Below are positions 1-11,793 of a DNA stretch of 64,000 bases, one piece after another (position 1 is the stretch's first letter; each line of letters begins with the position of its first letter). Under the pieces are notes generated by a model. The model did not search any database and was not told the origin of the DNA. It worked only from the letters and a program-made list of their open reading frames with translations. Source of the stretch: Neophaeotheca triangularis (lineage: Eukaryota); the NCBI GenBank assembly GCA_054600435.1, contig BAAIJX010000036.1, positions 62,001-126,000 of the forward strand, written 5' to 3'. A program made the position numbers and the translations under genes.

Positions 1-403
1 CGCCGTCCAAGAAAACACCCGCGCCTCTTTCCCCCTTCGCATGCGCCATGCGGACACTTACACGGGCCACCGCATCGCGCTCATTGGTGACGCAGCCCAC
101 ACTGTCCACCCCCTCGCGGGCCAGGGGCTGAACCTTGGTCTCGCTGACGCGGAAGCCCTGGCCGGCTGCATCGCTAAAGGTTTAGAGAGTGGTATGGATA
201 TCGGCACTAATTGGTGCTTGGACGGTTACCAGAGCGAGCGGTGGGCGGCGAATAATGCCATGTTAGGGACGGTGGATAAGTTGCACAAGCTGTATTCGGC
301 GGGTAGCGGGCCCGTTGTTTGGGGCAGGAGTCTGGGCTTAGAGGTTGTGGATCGCTTGGGCCCGTTGAAGGGGTTTTTGATGGGGGCGGCTGCTGGGAGG
401 TAG
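1..403 (+). CDS. COQ6: Ubiquinone biosynthesis FAD monooxygenase Coq6, 3' part (5' end lies outside the window)
   Basis: RASFPLRMRHADTY..RIALIGDAAHTVHPLAGQGLNLG motif of the UbiH/Coq6 family; stop TAG at 401-403. Confidence 0.9.
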   Translation, partial: AVQENTRASFPLRMRHADTYTGHRIALIGDAAHTVHPLAGQGLNLGLADAEALAGCIAKGLESGMDIGTNWCLDGYQSERWAANNAMLGTVDKLHKLYSAGSGPVVWGRSLGLEVVDRLGPLKGFLMGAAAGR

Positions 404-1317
404 GTTTATGGGCAGGGAAGAAGAGGGTTTGGCTGTGTGCATTTTGAGTGTATTATTCAAAGTCGTGAGTCTGCTGGTTCGTTGGGGCAGATCATACAAT
501 TGATTGTGTCAACCACTAGGTTGGGAAGCTAAACAGTGATGAGCTCTGATCCGTGTCCACTGTTTTACCACCAGGCAAACCTCGCATAGTATCGAAGCTT
601 TCTCTCGCACGATCTTGCCGTACACGCTCATAAAACAATGGCGCCCAGATATTACACGGCGTACAACATCTCAAAGGGCGAAGAAGTGCCGCTCAAGCCC
701 ACTGGCGGAAGACCAAATTATCCTAAAACAACCCAAAGCCCCTTTGCCTTGAAAAAGCGAAGCGGCCTCAAGGTCAAACGACCATTACAAGCTCGTAAGC
801 CGTGCGGTTGAACAAACTGCGACTTCTTCGAAGAACTCATTGATTCGTAATATGGTAATGCCGAACTAGTGCTACTGCTTTTGATGACACTTCCCCAGAG
901 CTGCTTGTGCCGAATTTCGACTGAAGAAGAATCCGGCGGGCTAAAGACATGGGAGTGGCTGAAGAACATCCATCGTGCTCGTGGATATCATGCTCATGCT
1001 CATGCTCCTCCTGGTGCCAGTGAAGGAGTCCGTCAACGCCGGTCCTCGCGCGCATCGATCGACGTCTTTTCTCCGTGAAATGCCGTGTACCTCTTTCTTG
1101 GTGTGTTTGTGTGTTGCGCCCCGAGATCAGTCCGAGTGGACTTGGAAGTCTTACTCGGGAGTCTTTGAGAAGCACGGAAGCATTCGCCCGCTCGTCTGCG
1201 TTACCCAAATGTTCTTCCCCAAACCGAGAAAAAGGATGTCAATCCCGATCGAAAAAGCCGTCCTCCCAAAGGGACCGGCTTCGCTTCGTGCGAGCGAGTA
1301 TGGAGGCTTTTCGTACA

Positions 1318-2247
1318 TCAGAAACCCATGAAAGGCATCAGGGTCCCGTCATTCTCATGCTCAGACTTGACGCGCACGCTGCCGTTCGTGGGGCCTTGGT
1401 CGGCATCGGGCTCGCTGCCAGCCTCCGCCTCCGCCTCCGCACCAGCATCGACATCGCTCAAAGCCCCAAGCCCGGCTTCGAGCTCAGCCGCGGCCTCGGC
1501 ATCAGCGCCTTCACGGTCCTGGTCCTCGTCCTCGTCCTCGCCACCCTTCTTGCCCTTTTTGCCCTTAGCACCACCCCTGGCATTGCCATTGACACCGTTC
1601 CCCTTGACCTTCCTGCCCCTCTTCTTCGGCGTCTCTCCGACTTCTCCGTCACCCTCATCCCCACCCCCGAGAACCCCAGCCTTCCTCTTCGTCCCCTTAG
1701 CTCCACCCGCGCCACCCGCGCCACCAGCACCAGCACCAGCACCAGCACCCTTCGCCTTCGCGCCCTTCGCCCCCTTGCCCTCCTCCGGCGCCGGTAGAGC
1801 TTTGACAAAAGCCTCGAACCCGCCGGCCTCGTCTTGGAGTTTCTTGATCTTGTTTTCGATGACCCAGATGCTGCGTTTGAAGGACTCGGTCTTGATATTG
1901 GCGTTCATCTGTTGGGCGGCGAGGGCGAAGTCGACCTTTGTTGAAGGAAGCATTGTGTTAGTGGTGGCGGGCAAAGGGTTGGGACAGGCGGCTGGGTTGG
2001 ATAGTGGGTGTCGGATTTGGGAGTTGATGGATCTCATGTGCAAGGGTCGTGCTGCGATTTCATGGTGCGGGATGCGCTAGAGTATCTGAAGTCGAAGGGA
2101 AGAGAAGAGAAGGGTGGGACTTACGACGCCGTGCTCGTTGCGCGACAGGAAGCAGCACGCGAGGCGCGCCAGGTCTTCGGCTGTGCAGGCTTGTTTGGCG
2201 GCTTGGTAGGAGAAAGGACCGGCGATTTTGCCGGCTTTGGGTGGCAT
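1318..2247 (-). CDS. Small fungal putative DNA/chromatin-binding protein: short helical Myb-like N-domain, Gly/Ala linker, basic PKKRGRK motif, acidic tail; 2 exons
   Basis: ATG 2247 (MPPKAGK...); intron 2124..1936 with gtaagt donor, ctaac branch and aag acceptor joins in frame (..RNEHGV|VDFALAAQQM..KRSIW); stop at 1318. The family call is from memory only. Confidence 0.65.
1700..1749 (+). repeat. Coding (gcacca)n/(gccacccgc) microsatellite giving the Gly-Ala run on the minus strand
   Basis: gccacccgcgccaccagcaccagcaccagcaccagcacc seen directly. Confidence 0.8.
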
Positions 2248-2927
2248 GGTTGAGATTGTAGTTGTTGGAGTGATGTTTGAAAGGGGGTGTGTGGTGTGTC
2301 GTGATGCTGAATGGTGGAAGTGGACGAGTTGTCGTGTGAAGGTATGGTAGAAGTGGAGGATGGTATGGCAGGGACGAAGTTGTTGTGTGTTGGTATGGTT
2401 CAAGTCAAGGGTGGTATGGTAGAGGAAGAAGTTGTCGATACGAGAGTGGTAGATTGGTAGACTTTAAGGGTGGTTTGGTAGAAGGAGAGTTAAGGTCGAG
2501 GGTGAGGATGAGAGAGAATGAGCGAGCTGCAGACCACAAGACCACGAATTCATTAGGTCCTTAACATGGCAGGTGCAGTGTTTCTGTGTAGTGAAGTTCT
2601 GAAGAGCGGACTTTTGGTGCAGTCTTGCAGTGTTTTGCGCGGACGGTGGCTTCACTCAGTACGTAGAACAGCAATTTCTAGCTGACTGAAGGGGAATTGC
2701 GTAGAAACAGGCAGGCGACGGAGAATCAGAGAAACCTACTTGTATCACTTACAGAATACTCGTTGCCCCTCGCACCAATCTGCACTGCACTGACGCCGAT
2801 TCTGCAGGTTTCACGTACAAAATGTGATATATCACACTGCTCAAAAGCCCCAAACCGCAACGCTCGAAAAACGCCACCCAATGCCAATGCTGCAAAGTAC
2901 ACGTTGCTATGGCTCGTCGCGCTACTA

Positions 2928-4377
2928 TCAATTCGAATGCATCTTCTTGACTCTCTGGTGTCCTTCGTATAATGCTCGGTCTATCGCGGCAGCCACCGTC
3001 AATGTCCCACCAATGACTGCGCAGACACCGACGAGGAAGCCAGAAAACGATTTAGAGCGTGCTTCGCGGTTGACGACCTTCATGGGTGAGATATCCTGAC
3101 AGGGTGTTAGTATGCGCTGGTTCTGGCGAGAAAAGGTCTACGGTTGGCCATACGTAAGAGAAGAAGACTCCTGGAATACCACCCCTAGCGTGCAATCGCT
3201 CCTGGTGGCCTTCCTTGCGAGCATCACCGCCCTGAAGACTCCTTTCGTGGCTTGTCACAGAGTACTGGTGCGTCTCGATACTCTCGCTGTCGTCTTGGCC
3301 GTGACCGTACCGACCGAGTTCGATGAGCTCATGCGGGATATCGAGAATGCTCTTCGTCTTTTCCCAGCCGAGCGGCAGGTATGCTGTCGAGACGACCTTT
3401 ACAAAGTACATATAGTTGTACGCCTTCTCTTCGGTGAATTTCGAGGTGTCGTCCAGGGGGTTGAGGTGGTGGTTACTCCACGCCATGCCCTTCTTGCCAA
3501 CACGATCGACGACAGATTGCGGCAGCTCTGGGCCAAAGCGCAGATGGTGTACCACGTGGCTAAAGGTGTGTTGTACGCCATCAGCAGCTTGAAAGTAGTT
3601 CTCCAAATCGTGAACGTGCATGTTGCCATTGCTGAAACTTTTGCCCGGCGCAAAGTGGAAGTTGCCTACGACCTTGTTCACACGGATACCACCTTCGATC
3701 CTGCATCCTTCTTTGCGTTGCTCGTCGAGATGCTCGGAATAGTGTTCGCGCTCGCACTGTTCGACGTTCTCGCCGCGACCAAAGGACCAAGAGACGGAGG
3801 CATAAGCTTCGCGCACTTCGGCGCAGGTGTTACAACAGCCAGATTTGGCGGCTGTGCTAGGCGCGGGTGCACCGTAGCATTCGCCGCAGTAGTCGGGGTC
3901 GAGATGCGCAGAGGGTTCGTCGGTTGCTCTTAGCAATGTTAGCTTAGCTGTCCTCACGCAACTACTGCTCCGCCAACATCAGACGCAGATAGAGCCTTAC
4001 AATTCCAACGCCTTGCCCTCATCAATCATGCCGCCGCCCTCGGCCTCACTCCTCAGCCTAAACTTCTGCACACCATGCATAACCCCTGTCTGCACCTCTC
4101 CACTCACGTCCATGACATCCAGCGTCAAAAGCTCGCAAGGCACCCGGGGGAAAGAGATGTTCATGTGGATCTCCATCTTCTCGCCTCTTCCCTTATCGAC
4201 AATGAGCTCCGGGTGCACGATCACGCGCCGGTAGTCGGCCCATTCTGTCCATACTAGCCAGAGTATAAGCAGGAGGGAGCCGACGGTGACGATACCGCCC
4301 GAGGTAGTTCGTACGCGCGCATCTTCCACGGTCTTGGTGAAGGCGTCTAGCCTTGTGAAGCGAGATTTGGCCGGCAT
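2928..4377 (-). CDS. ERV46: COPII vesicle / ERGIC protein Erv46; 3 exons
   Basis: MPAKSRFTRLDAFTKTVEDARVRTTSGG, YCGECYGA..CCNTC, GGIPGVFFSY|DISPMKV. Introns 4000..3929 and 3153..3096 have consensus signals and keep frame; stop TGA at 2930-2928. Confidence 0.95.
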
Positions 4378-5464
4378 TGTCAAGGTGTTTCTTGCTCGAA
4401 GAGACAAGGGGTAGAGGTAGATATGCTTAGCCCGAGGGCTGGTGAGGGTGCTGGAGCTAGGCTCGCAGTTGTAGAAAAAGGCTCAAAAACACAGCATATG
4501 GTAGCTTGGCGGCGCAGTGAACAGACGAACGATTGTGACGAAGGTTGACGAAACCTGAATAGGAAGCGATGCTGAACTCTCGACTTCGCGTGCTGCCATT
4601 CGGCTCGGATTTGGCCAGGTGTAGTTTCCTAAGCTTTCGCCCTGCAGATGCCGTTGCGGAGCCGCATTCGGCTAACCAAAACGAGAAGGGAGGTTGTCTT
4701 CAAACTTCAAATCGACAAACGAGTCGACGATGAGGTGCTTAACAAAGATTTAACGGTGCCCGTACCGTATTGCAGAAACATTCGTACCTTTGATGATCTA
4801 GATTGGCCCGGAATGCTGCTCCCATCGCTATCTGGTGCAGCCATCCTTCTTCAGTGATCCATCCATAACGACATATATAGCACCAAGAAATCGAACAGAA
4901 TATAAGTCAAGACGATAACAACAATGCTCGAATGCCATCTCGATGGAATTTCACACGCATAGGAGTATTCAATCGTTAAAGAGCATCTGTATGCTTCTTG
5001 CTGGCCACATGTTAGTACCTCCATTGGCTCCGTTGTGATTTCTTCCCACTCTCCTGTGCTCAGCTTGCAGTGCCGTAGTGAAAGTGTCTCGTATTGTAAC
5101 CCCGATCTTACCTTTTGATCTCCTTCCGACCCATCTTAATCTGAAGGATGAAAACGAGCTTACGACAATGGCCTAATACATTCTTGGGACGCTGCTGTGG
5201 GGAGGTCGCGCGAAGCACGAAGATTCGGCTTTTTACTGGCATTTCAAGTTAATTCGCCCGTTAATAGTAGGGACCTCACTAGCTATCTATAGGTAGGTAG
5301 GAATACAAAGTAGTCAACTATGAGAAATATACACTGGGTAGTGTGAGATTAGCCTTCGGTCTCCATAACCGTTATTGCTTGGAGAGCGAGAAGGGAAGAG
5401 GATACGAAGCGTGTCAAAAATGGGGCCGGTGAGTGTTCGACCCGGGTTCGTACGTGATGCGGCT

Positions 5465-7399
5465 CTACGAAGCCAGGCGTGGCCTGGTTTCGGCAGCGCC
5501 CCCTGGCAAATGTAAAACCATTCGGTGTCCACGAGATCGGCAATGGAAGACCGCTGCGTCCTTACGAATATGCTTTACCGAGCAATCTAGGCAGAAGAAG
5601 TATGGATCTCCGGGTGATGGATGCTTCGTCATCTTGTGTCGAGTGACATCAGCTGCCCTCGAAAAGTCTCTGTTGCACTGATCACAATAGTAGACTCTCC
5701 TTAGACATGGGTGGTAAGGTCGATGTAAATATTTGTTTTGTCTAAGTCCAGCCATTATGCCAAGGATTCGTTGGCGCTCGTTCCGTATGTTCGCTTGCGC
5801 TTGTAACGCCTGCTGCCTCTGCTCCGGAGTCGTCTGAGTCTGCAGCTGGGTGACGTTGCCTTGCACGAGGTGAATCCGCTTGAAATGCCGTAGTTCTTCC
5901 GTAATGTACGTATTCGACTGTGCTTCTGCGGCAAGTGTCAAAGACTCGACGTCCTCGATGACGATGTCGTTGTCCTCACAAACGAACAATGAAGACATTT
6001 CAGGTCCATGGCATATCTGCGTGGCAAGCAGTCGATAGACAAGGTTACAGACCGAACACTGGGCCCAAGCCCGGGAGCTTTCACTATCGCCAAGTGAGTG
6101 ACAACGGGGACACGCTCGGTGCTCGAACTGTGAATTATCGAAGAGCATAGACATGGCAAGTCTGGCTCCTGGAAAGAGGACTCGATCACCGCCTCTGGTG
6201 TTGATGATGTAGAAAGCGTTGCGCTGCACCATTGACTCCCCAGGCACGCCTTTGAACTCAATCACAAGCCTTGCTGGAAGGACTGGCCAATAGCGAAAAT
6301 GCTCGTAGGGCAGACTCATAACACGACCCAGTGCATCCTCTAGTCTGATGTTGTCTTGTAGCAGCATCGTCGGGCTTCGCGAAAATGCAGTGAGAGACCG
6401 TAGTACGCGATGGAGTGCTGGGAAGACCAAGAGAATGAGCAGGACCACTTCTGTGATGCTCTTTTGAATGGCTTGCAGAGCTGCACCGAGTGCAACTTCG
6501 AGTCTTTCGTCCAGAATGCGTGGGTTCAAGCAGGAGGACTTGGTTGTCGGATTGGTCGGCATGCTCGTAGCAACGTTTCCTGGTGTTTGAGGTGTAATTG
6601 TTAGGGGGATTGCTTGTAGTCGGACGAGTGATAGAATGTCAGTCAACATCCTCTCATTGGAGAGATGTCTTGCATTGGCCACCTGAACTGCGCCTTTGGT
6701 AATTTGCAAAGTGTCAGTGATGTCCTTGCTGCTACTTGTGAGTTGCAGCGAAATGTTTTGCAGGACTGGTGAGAAATCCATGTCGATCTTCGAGAACATG
6801 GTCGAAATCTGAGCTTTCAGTTCTTCGACATTTGAGCTAAGGCTGTCCGTCTTGCGCTGGAGATCTGTCGTGTTCGCACGGCCTGCCCTTTCCTGTTCGC
6901 TGTACGCTGTTAGAAGTAACTACTTAAGCTTCCGTCATGCGTGGAAAACTCACAGTGTCTCCATCTGGACGAGCAACTGTATGGTGACGAGTGGCACTGC
7001 GATGCTTCGCTTCAGCTTAGCCAACTCATCGCCCACGACAACGGCCCATTGTATTCTGCGGCCAGCATTCAGCGGCGCGCGCAACCTCGAAGTACCGCCG
7101 CCTCTCCTGTTGTCCAAGCATGACTCGTATTTCCTGATGCTGCACAGAAATCGCTCGAGTGGCAGATGGCACCGCAGACCAAGGAGTTGCATTTGGTCAA
7201 CGATATGGGTGTTCGATGGTGTGGGCTGGAGTGCTCTAACTTTAGAGAGTACACTCTCGAGACCCTGGAGCTCAACAATCGTTAGCTGGTATTCCTCGGT
7301 GGCAACGCCTGCGGTTCGTAGAGCATCGGCAGCTTTTCGAATGAGATTGATGCCAGCAATAAAATCGCCAACAGAGAAGCCAAATCCCGGTGCTGCCAT
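5465..7399 (-). CDS. HeLo-like/SesA-type N-terminal helical domain + fungal ubiquitin-like domain + CxxC..CxxC ribbon + two C-terminal C2H2-type zinc fingers; 2 exons
   Basis: Start MAAPGFGFSVGDFIAG; intron 6953..6900 (gtgagt..ctaac..cag) joins the 6950-7525 and 5465-6799 ORFs in frame; IRLEDALGR..LPYE..FPG..MSM; CPRC..CSVC; YYCDQCNRDFSRAADVTRHKMTKH. Confidence 0.75.
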
Positions 7400-8080
7400 G
7401 GCGCGAAAAGAAGGAACATTCTGTGAGGAACAAGGGAAGGAAATGTACTCGTGTTGTGCTGTGACGCTACCTTTCCCGACCAGCTGTCGAGGCTGAGCTC
7501 TTGCATGGTGGCGCGTTCCTATCAAGTTACTATGTAGGTATGCAACCTGTTGGATGGGGGCTATGCAAGGCCCTCACGTGCTTGTTCTTACCGCGCTTCG
7601 GAATGTTTCTCGGTATCATCTGTTAACAGCCTAAGCCTGTTGGCTACACATGTCAGCTTGTCATTAGCGGTAGGCAGCCGCGACCACCGACTATTGCATG
7701 ATAAGGTACAATGAAAGGATGGAGGCGTACTATAATCAGTTCAAGGAGGTGAAGTCGAGTATAACGTGACCGGCGGCATCCGAGAACCTTCCGACCGCTC
7801 AAGCTGTACATCGGCTCCGCAATGAACTCCATCCCATCAACGACCACTCATCCGGAGTCGTCGCCCAGGGTACCTGCATATGCTGCCGGGGCCTCTAGCC
7901 TCTGAAAGTTACAGTCGGAGGAAATGGTATATGTTGACGTAGGATCCCAAAGGTAACGTTAGGCCATCTTCGTACCGTAAGTACTTCTGTCTACATTCTT
8001 TCCTCGTTCGGCCCAGTTCTGCCATATCAAAGCAAACTCCCTCTTTACCATCTTCATAAACAAGCAAGCAAGCAAGCAAG

Positions 8081-9346
8081 ATGGGATCCCAAGGCTCCCC
8101 AAAGATCAGAGTCGCTATCGCAGGCGGTGGCATTGCCGGACTGGCCCTCGCAGCTGGCCTGGCGAAGAAATCACACATCCAGGTCGACGTCTACGAAGGC
8201 GTAGCCGAATACAAGGACGTTGGTGCAGGACTAGCACTCCACATGAATGCCATCAAAGCAATGGCTCTCATTGGGCCAGAAGTACGCCAAACCTACTTTG
8301 ACAAAGCCCTGGGTATGGGCGAGGAAGAGCAAGAAATGGCGACAGAAGTGATATTGGCCTACGGCGACAACAAGGGCATGCAAGTCGCCGAGCTGGGACG
8401 AGCCAAAGGCCGGAAAACCGTAGCCCGCAGCGACCTCATCGCAGGACTCATAGAGCTCTTCCCTCGAGAGAACCTACACTTCAACAAACGCCTCGATAGC
8501 ATCACCGAAACATCCCACAGCAACCCTCAAGTCCACCTAACCTTCAAAGACGGCACCGAAGCCCACGCCGACTGCCTCATAGGCGCCGACGGCATCCACT
8601 CCGGCACGCGCTCCTACCTCCTCGGCGCCGACCATCCGGCCACCGCTCCCAAAAACCACGACGGCTGGCAAATCTACCGCACAATGGTCTCCGCCGACTA
8701 CGCCCGCCAACACATCAACCCCAAATGGACCACCACGGTCCCCATCCTCCTCGGCCCCCGGGGCCACGTAAACTGCATCCCACTAAACAAAGGCACCCGC
8801 CTCTCAGCGGGCGTCGCGGTGCGGGGCGCCAAATTCACCTCAACCGGCGAAGCGCCACCGCTGGACCCGGAACTGTACAAAGACTACAGCGAAGACGCGC
8901 AACGCATCGTGCGAATGGTAGCGCAGGACACGTCGGCATCCTGGACAGCGGCGGACCACGACCACGCGCCCTTTTACGCCAAAGGAGGCGTGTGCATGAT
9001 GGGCGACGCGGCGCACGCGTCCATGCCGTTTGCGGGCAACGGCGCGGCGCAAGCTCTCGAGGACGCGGCGGTGCTGGACGCGCTGTTTGGGCAAGTCGGC
9101 CGCGTCGAGCACGTCCCGGCCGCGTTGGCGGTTTTTGACCAGGTTAGGCGCAAGCGCAGTCAGGAAGTTGTGGATTTGGCGCGCAAGTATGGCAGGATCT
9201 ATGCTTTTGCTGAGGATGGGATGCATGAGGATCCGGAGAGGATGAAGGGGTTTTTTGCTCAGACGGCTGCTTTTACGAATTTGTTTGATTGTGCTAAGCA
9301 GAACGACGAGGCTGTTAGGTTGTTTGGGGAGGCGGTGGGGAGGTAG
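8081..9346 (+). CDS. FAD-dependent monooxygenase, salicylate hydroxylase-like; intronless
   Basis: GGGIAG Rossmann motif, DCLIGADGIHS (DG) motif, GDAAHASMPFAGNGAAQALED (GD) motif. Confidence 0.9.
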   Translation: MGSQGSPKIRVAIAGGGIAGLALAAGLAKKSHIQVDVYEGVAEYKDVGAGLALHMNAIKAMALIGPEVRQTYFDKALGMGEEEQEMATEVILAYGDNKGMQVAELGRAKGRKTVARSDLIAGLIELFPRENLHFNKRLDSITETSHSNPQVHLTFKDGTEAHADCLIGADGIHSGTRSYLLGADHPATAPKNHDGWQIYRTMVSADYARQHINPKWTTTVPILLGPRGHVNCIPLNKGTRLSAGVAVRGAKFTSTGEAPPLDPELYKDYSEDAQRIVRMVAQDTSASWTAADHDHAPFYAKGGVCMMGDAAHASMPFAGNGAAQALEDAAVLDALFGQVGRVEHVPAALAVFDQVRRKRSQEVVDLARKYGRIYAFAEDGMHEDPERMKGFFAQTAAFTNLFDCAKQNDEAVRLFGEAVGR

Positions 9347-9729
9347 GACGGAATGGGAATGATTTTGCTTGCGTTGAGAGCGAGTTAGATAACAATGGGC
9401 ATCATGAGTCTACGTCTATGCTTGTGAGCCTGCTGTCTGGGAACGTAGTAGAGGCGTAATGTGGATGTAGGAAAGGTACTAAAATATTGGCCAAGTACGC
9501 GAACGCTTCATTGAAAATGCTATGCTACCCTTGTAGAGACAGTATCCTTTCATTACCATGTGTAAAACGCCTTCGCTAGTAGCAAGCCGCTGTGTCCAAT
9601 ATGATTCCAAACTCCTTCAGTAGACTCTTTCCCCTTCAACAGACTCTCTCCATCCTCTCAAGATGCGTCAACATACGACATCCCAACGAAGCAGGCCTTT
9701 AGTTCTTAGTATCATGCAAGCACTTCCGC

Positions 9730-10475
9730 TTACAAGATCAAAGCGAAGCCAGCAAAGAGCCCACCAACGACGGTGACGAGGCCAAAGGAGCTGCCGAAAC
9801 CGAGAACAGCAGTCCTCGCGGCGCTGCTCTCGTCGTCCTGCTGCTCGGGCTCATCAGGCGAGTCCGACTGGCGGGCACTGCTGCTGCTACCGCTGTCCTC
9901 GGTCTCGCTCGCCGTATCGCCGAAACCGGTGTAAATAGCACCACCAGTAGCGGAAGCATCAGCCTGGATGGTAGAGTCGGGGGCATTGCTACCAAGAGGC
10001 GTGGGCGAGCCCGTGGCGGACTCGCTCAGGGTAACGCGAGTGGGGTTTTGGGCACCGCAGGGGTGGTTCTCGCGGCAGTCGGACTGGCAGCTGTTGTCGC
10101 CGTTGCAGTTGGCGACGCATTGGTTGGTCCACTCGGAGCAGATGAAGTAGGGGAGGGTTTGCGAGTACTCGGAGATGTTGGGGGAGATGCCGTTGCTGCA
10201 GACGCAGGAGTAGGTCAGGTCCGAGGGCGTGCAGGTGTTGCTGCGGGTCGAGGCGTCGTTGCCGTCTTCTTGCAGGCAGATGAGCGGGCACGAGGTTTCT
10301 TGCTGGATGCACCATTGTCCTGGGCGCGGGTGTTAGGGGGGTTGTGGTCTGACGGTTCAGGTTATGGTTCTGTGTGCTTACTCTTTTGGGAATCATCAAC
10401 GGTGTCGGGGTTGATGGCGTATTGTGCGGTTGCGAGGGTGACCATGGCGGCCGAGGCGAAGAATGTGGACTTCAT
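9730..10475 (-). CDS. Secreted Cys-rich, probably GPI-anchored cell-surface protein; 2 exons, 227 aa
   Basis: Signal peptide MKSTFFASAAMVTLATA; intron 10381..10320 (gtaagc..ctaac..cag); WCIQQETSCPLICLQ domain; Ser/Thr/Gly-rich linker; hydrophobic C-terminus ..GGLFAGFALIL stop. Confidence 0.85.
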
Positions 10476-10737
10476 TGTGGATGCTGTTTGTTGATGCCTG
10501 GGGGGGAGTGGGAGGTGGTAGTATGGAGCGGCGGGATACGTTTTCTGATCGAGTTGGTGAGCGAGTGATGCGTTGGGAGTTGACGGGATGGTGAACTAGG
10601 TACTGACCTCTTAGCGAGTGTGATGGGTTAGCGGGTATGGCAACAGCGAGTGTGAGTGATGGCAGGAGTAGCGAGCGAATGTGAGAGGCGAGAGGAAGGT
10701 CGAGGTCAGATGTAGGCGGGCGGGGGAAGGGAGGAGA

Positions 10738-10760
10738 AGTAGTAGTAGTAGTAGTAGTAA
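10738..10760. repeat. (AGT)n microsatellite
   Basis: agtagtagtagtagtagtagtaa. Confidence 0.85.
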
Positions 10761-11103
10761 TAAGAAAACGAGGAAGCTGGGCGTTGAACGGTAGTCACCC
10801 GAAGTATACTATACATATCAAACAAGAGGCCAGAGCTCGAGCTTTGCCGCCAAAATTAATTGTTCTACTGTACTAGTACCTTCGTATAGTACAGTAGTAG
10901 TAGTAGTAGGTACTCGCCCCCCGACCATGGCCTTGACTCTTCTGTAGCGTTGCCCTTGTGCCCGCCTTCGAGATTCGGAATTCGAGATTCGAGACTGCGT
11001 TGGCACCGTGCCTTGGTCGGCCATACCTAGCAGCTCCTGAATTGCTGATGTTTGGTGGAGAAGGATGGTAAGACACGGTACGGTAGCTACGGTAGCTGAT
11101 TTT

Positions 11104-11132
11104 GATACAGATACAGATACAGATACAGATAC
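11104..11132. repeat. (GATACA)n hexamer microsatellite
   Basis: gatacagatacagatacagatacagatac. Confidence 0.85.
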
Positions 11133-11793
11133 CTTAGGTTCCTTACTGTGCGCCGTCGTCAGGCCGTGTTTACCGCTTCCAGGCTTGTCCATCCATGGAT
11201 GTACACCCGGACGGAGAAGCGGATAGTGATACCTTAGTCGAGGTATACTGTACGTTGATGCTGGATCGATTGCCGAATATAGACGAGACGACGGGTAGTA
11301 CCTTGGTACTTGACTTTTCCAGTCCAGTTCTCCATGCGAGTAATGCAACGGACCGGCGCCACTTGGAGTCTGAGACCCTTGCTGCATACTTAATACTTTA
11401 CTACTAGGAGATAGCCGCAGACTCTAGTCACTACTAGTATACACACGTATACAGTAGCAAGTAGTACCTAGGTAGTAGTAGCCAGACCCAAATACAGATC
11501 TAACGTTAATGCTAGCTCAAAAATACATAGGTACTGTACCAATAATCAAGCTTTCAATCGTCGCACCCAGCAACCTCACCCGAACACCTCGACAACCTAA
11601 CCTTGCCTTATCTTGCCTTGCCTACGATAGTTAGACGCTATACCCAGCATCCAGTAACTTGTTATTATTGTTATTGTTGTCAGTAGCCCTCTTTCCTTGC
11701 TCCGCCAAACAAACGTGGGCGGGTGTGGGTGTGACCGCTTGAATTGGTCGTCTTGCTCCCGTCGTTTGATTTCCCTCCCGCAGCCGTACATGC

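Noticed and set aside
638..1078. Possible 2-exon small gene (ATG 638, gtaagc donor at 795, acceptor at 869)
   Set aside because: The frame is compatible, but the branch site is weak and the protein has no recognisable features
1075..2080. Two overlapping plus-strand ORFs of 240-250 aa
   Set aside because: Antisense shadows of the GC-rich low-complexity minus-strand gene
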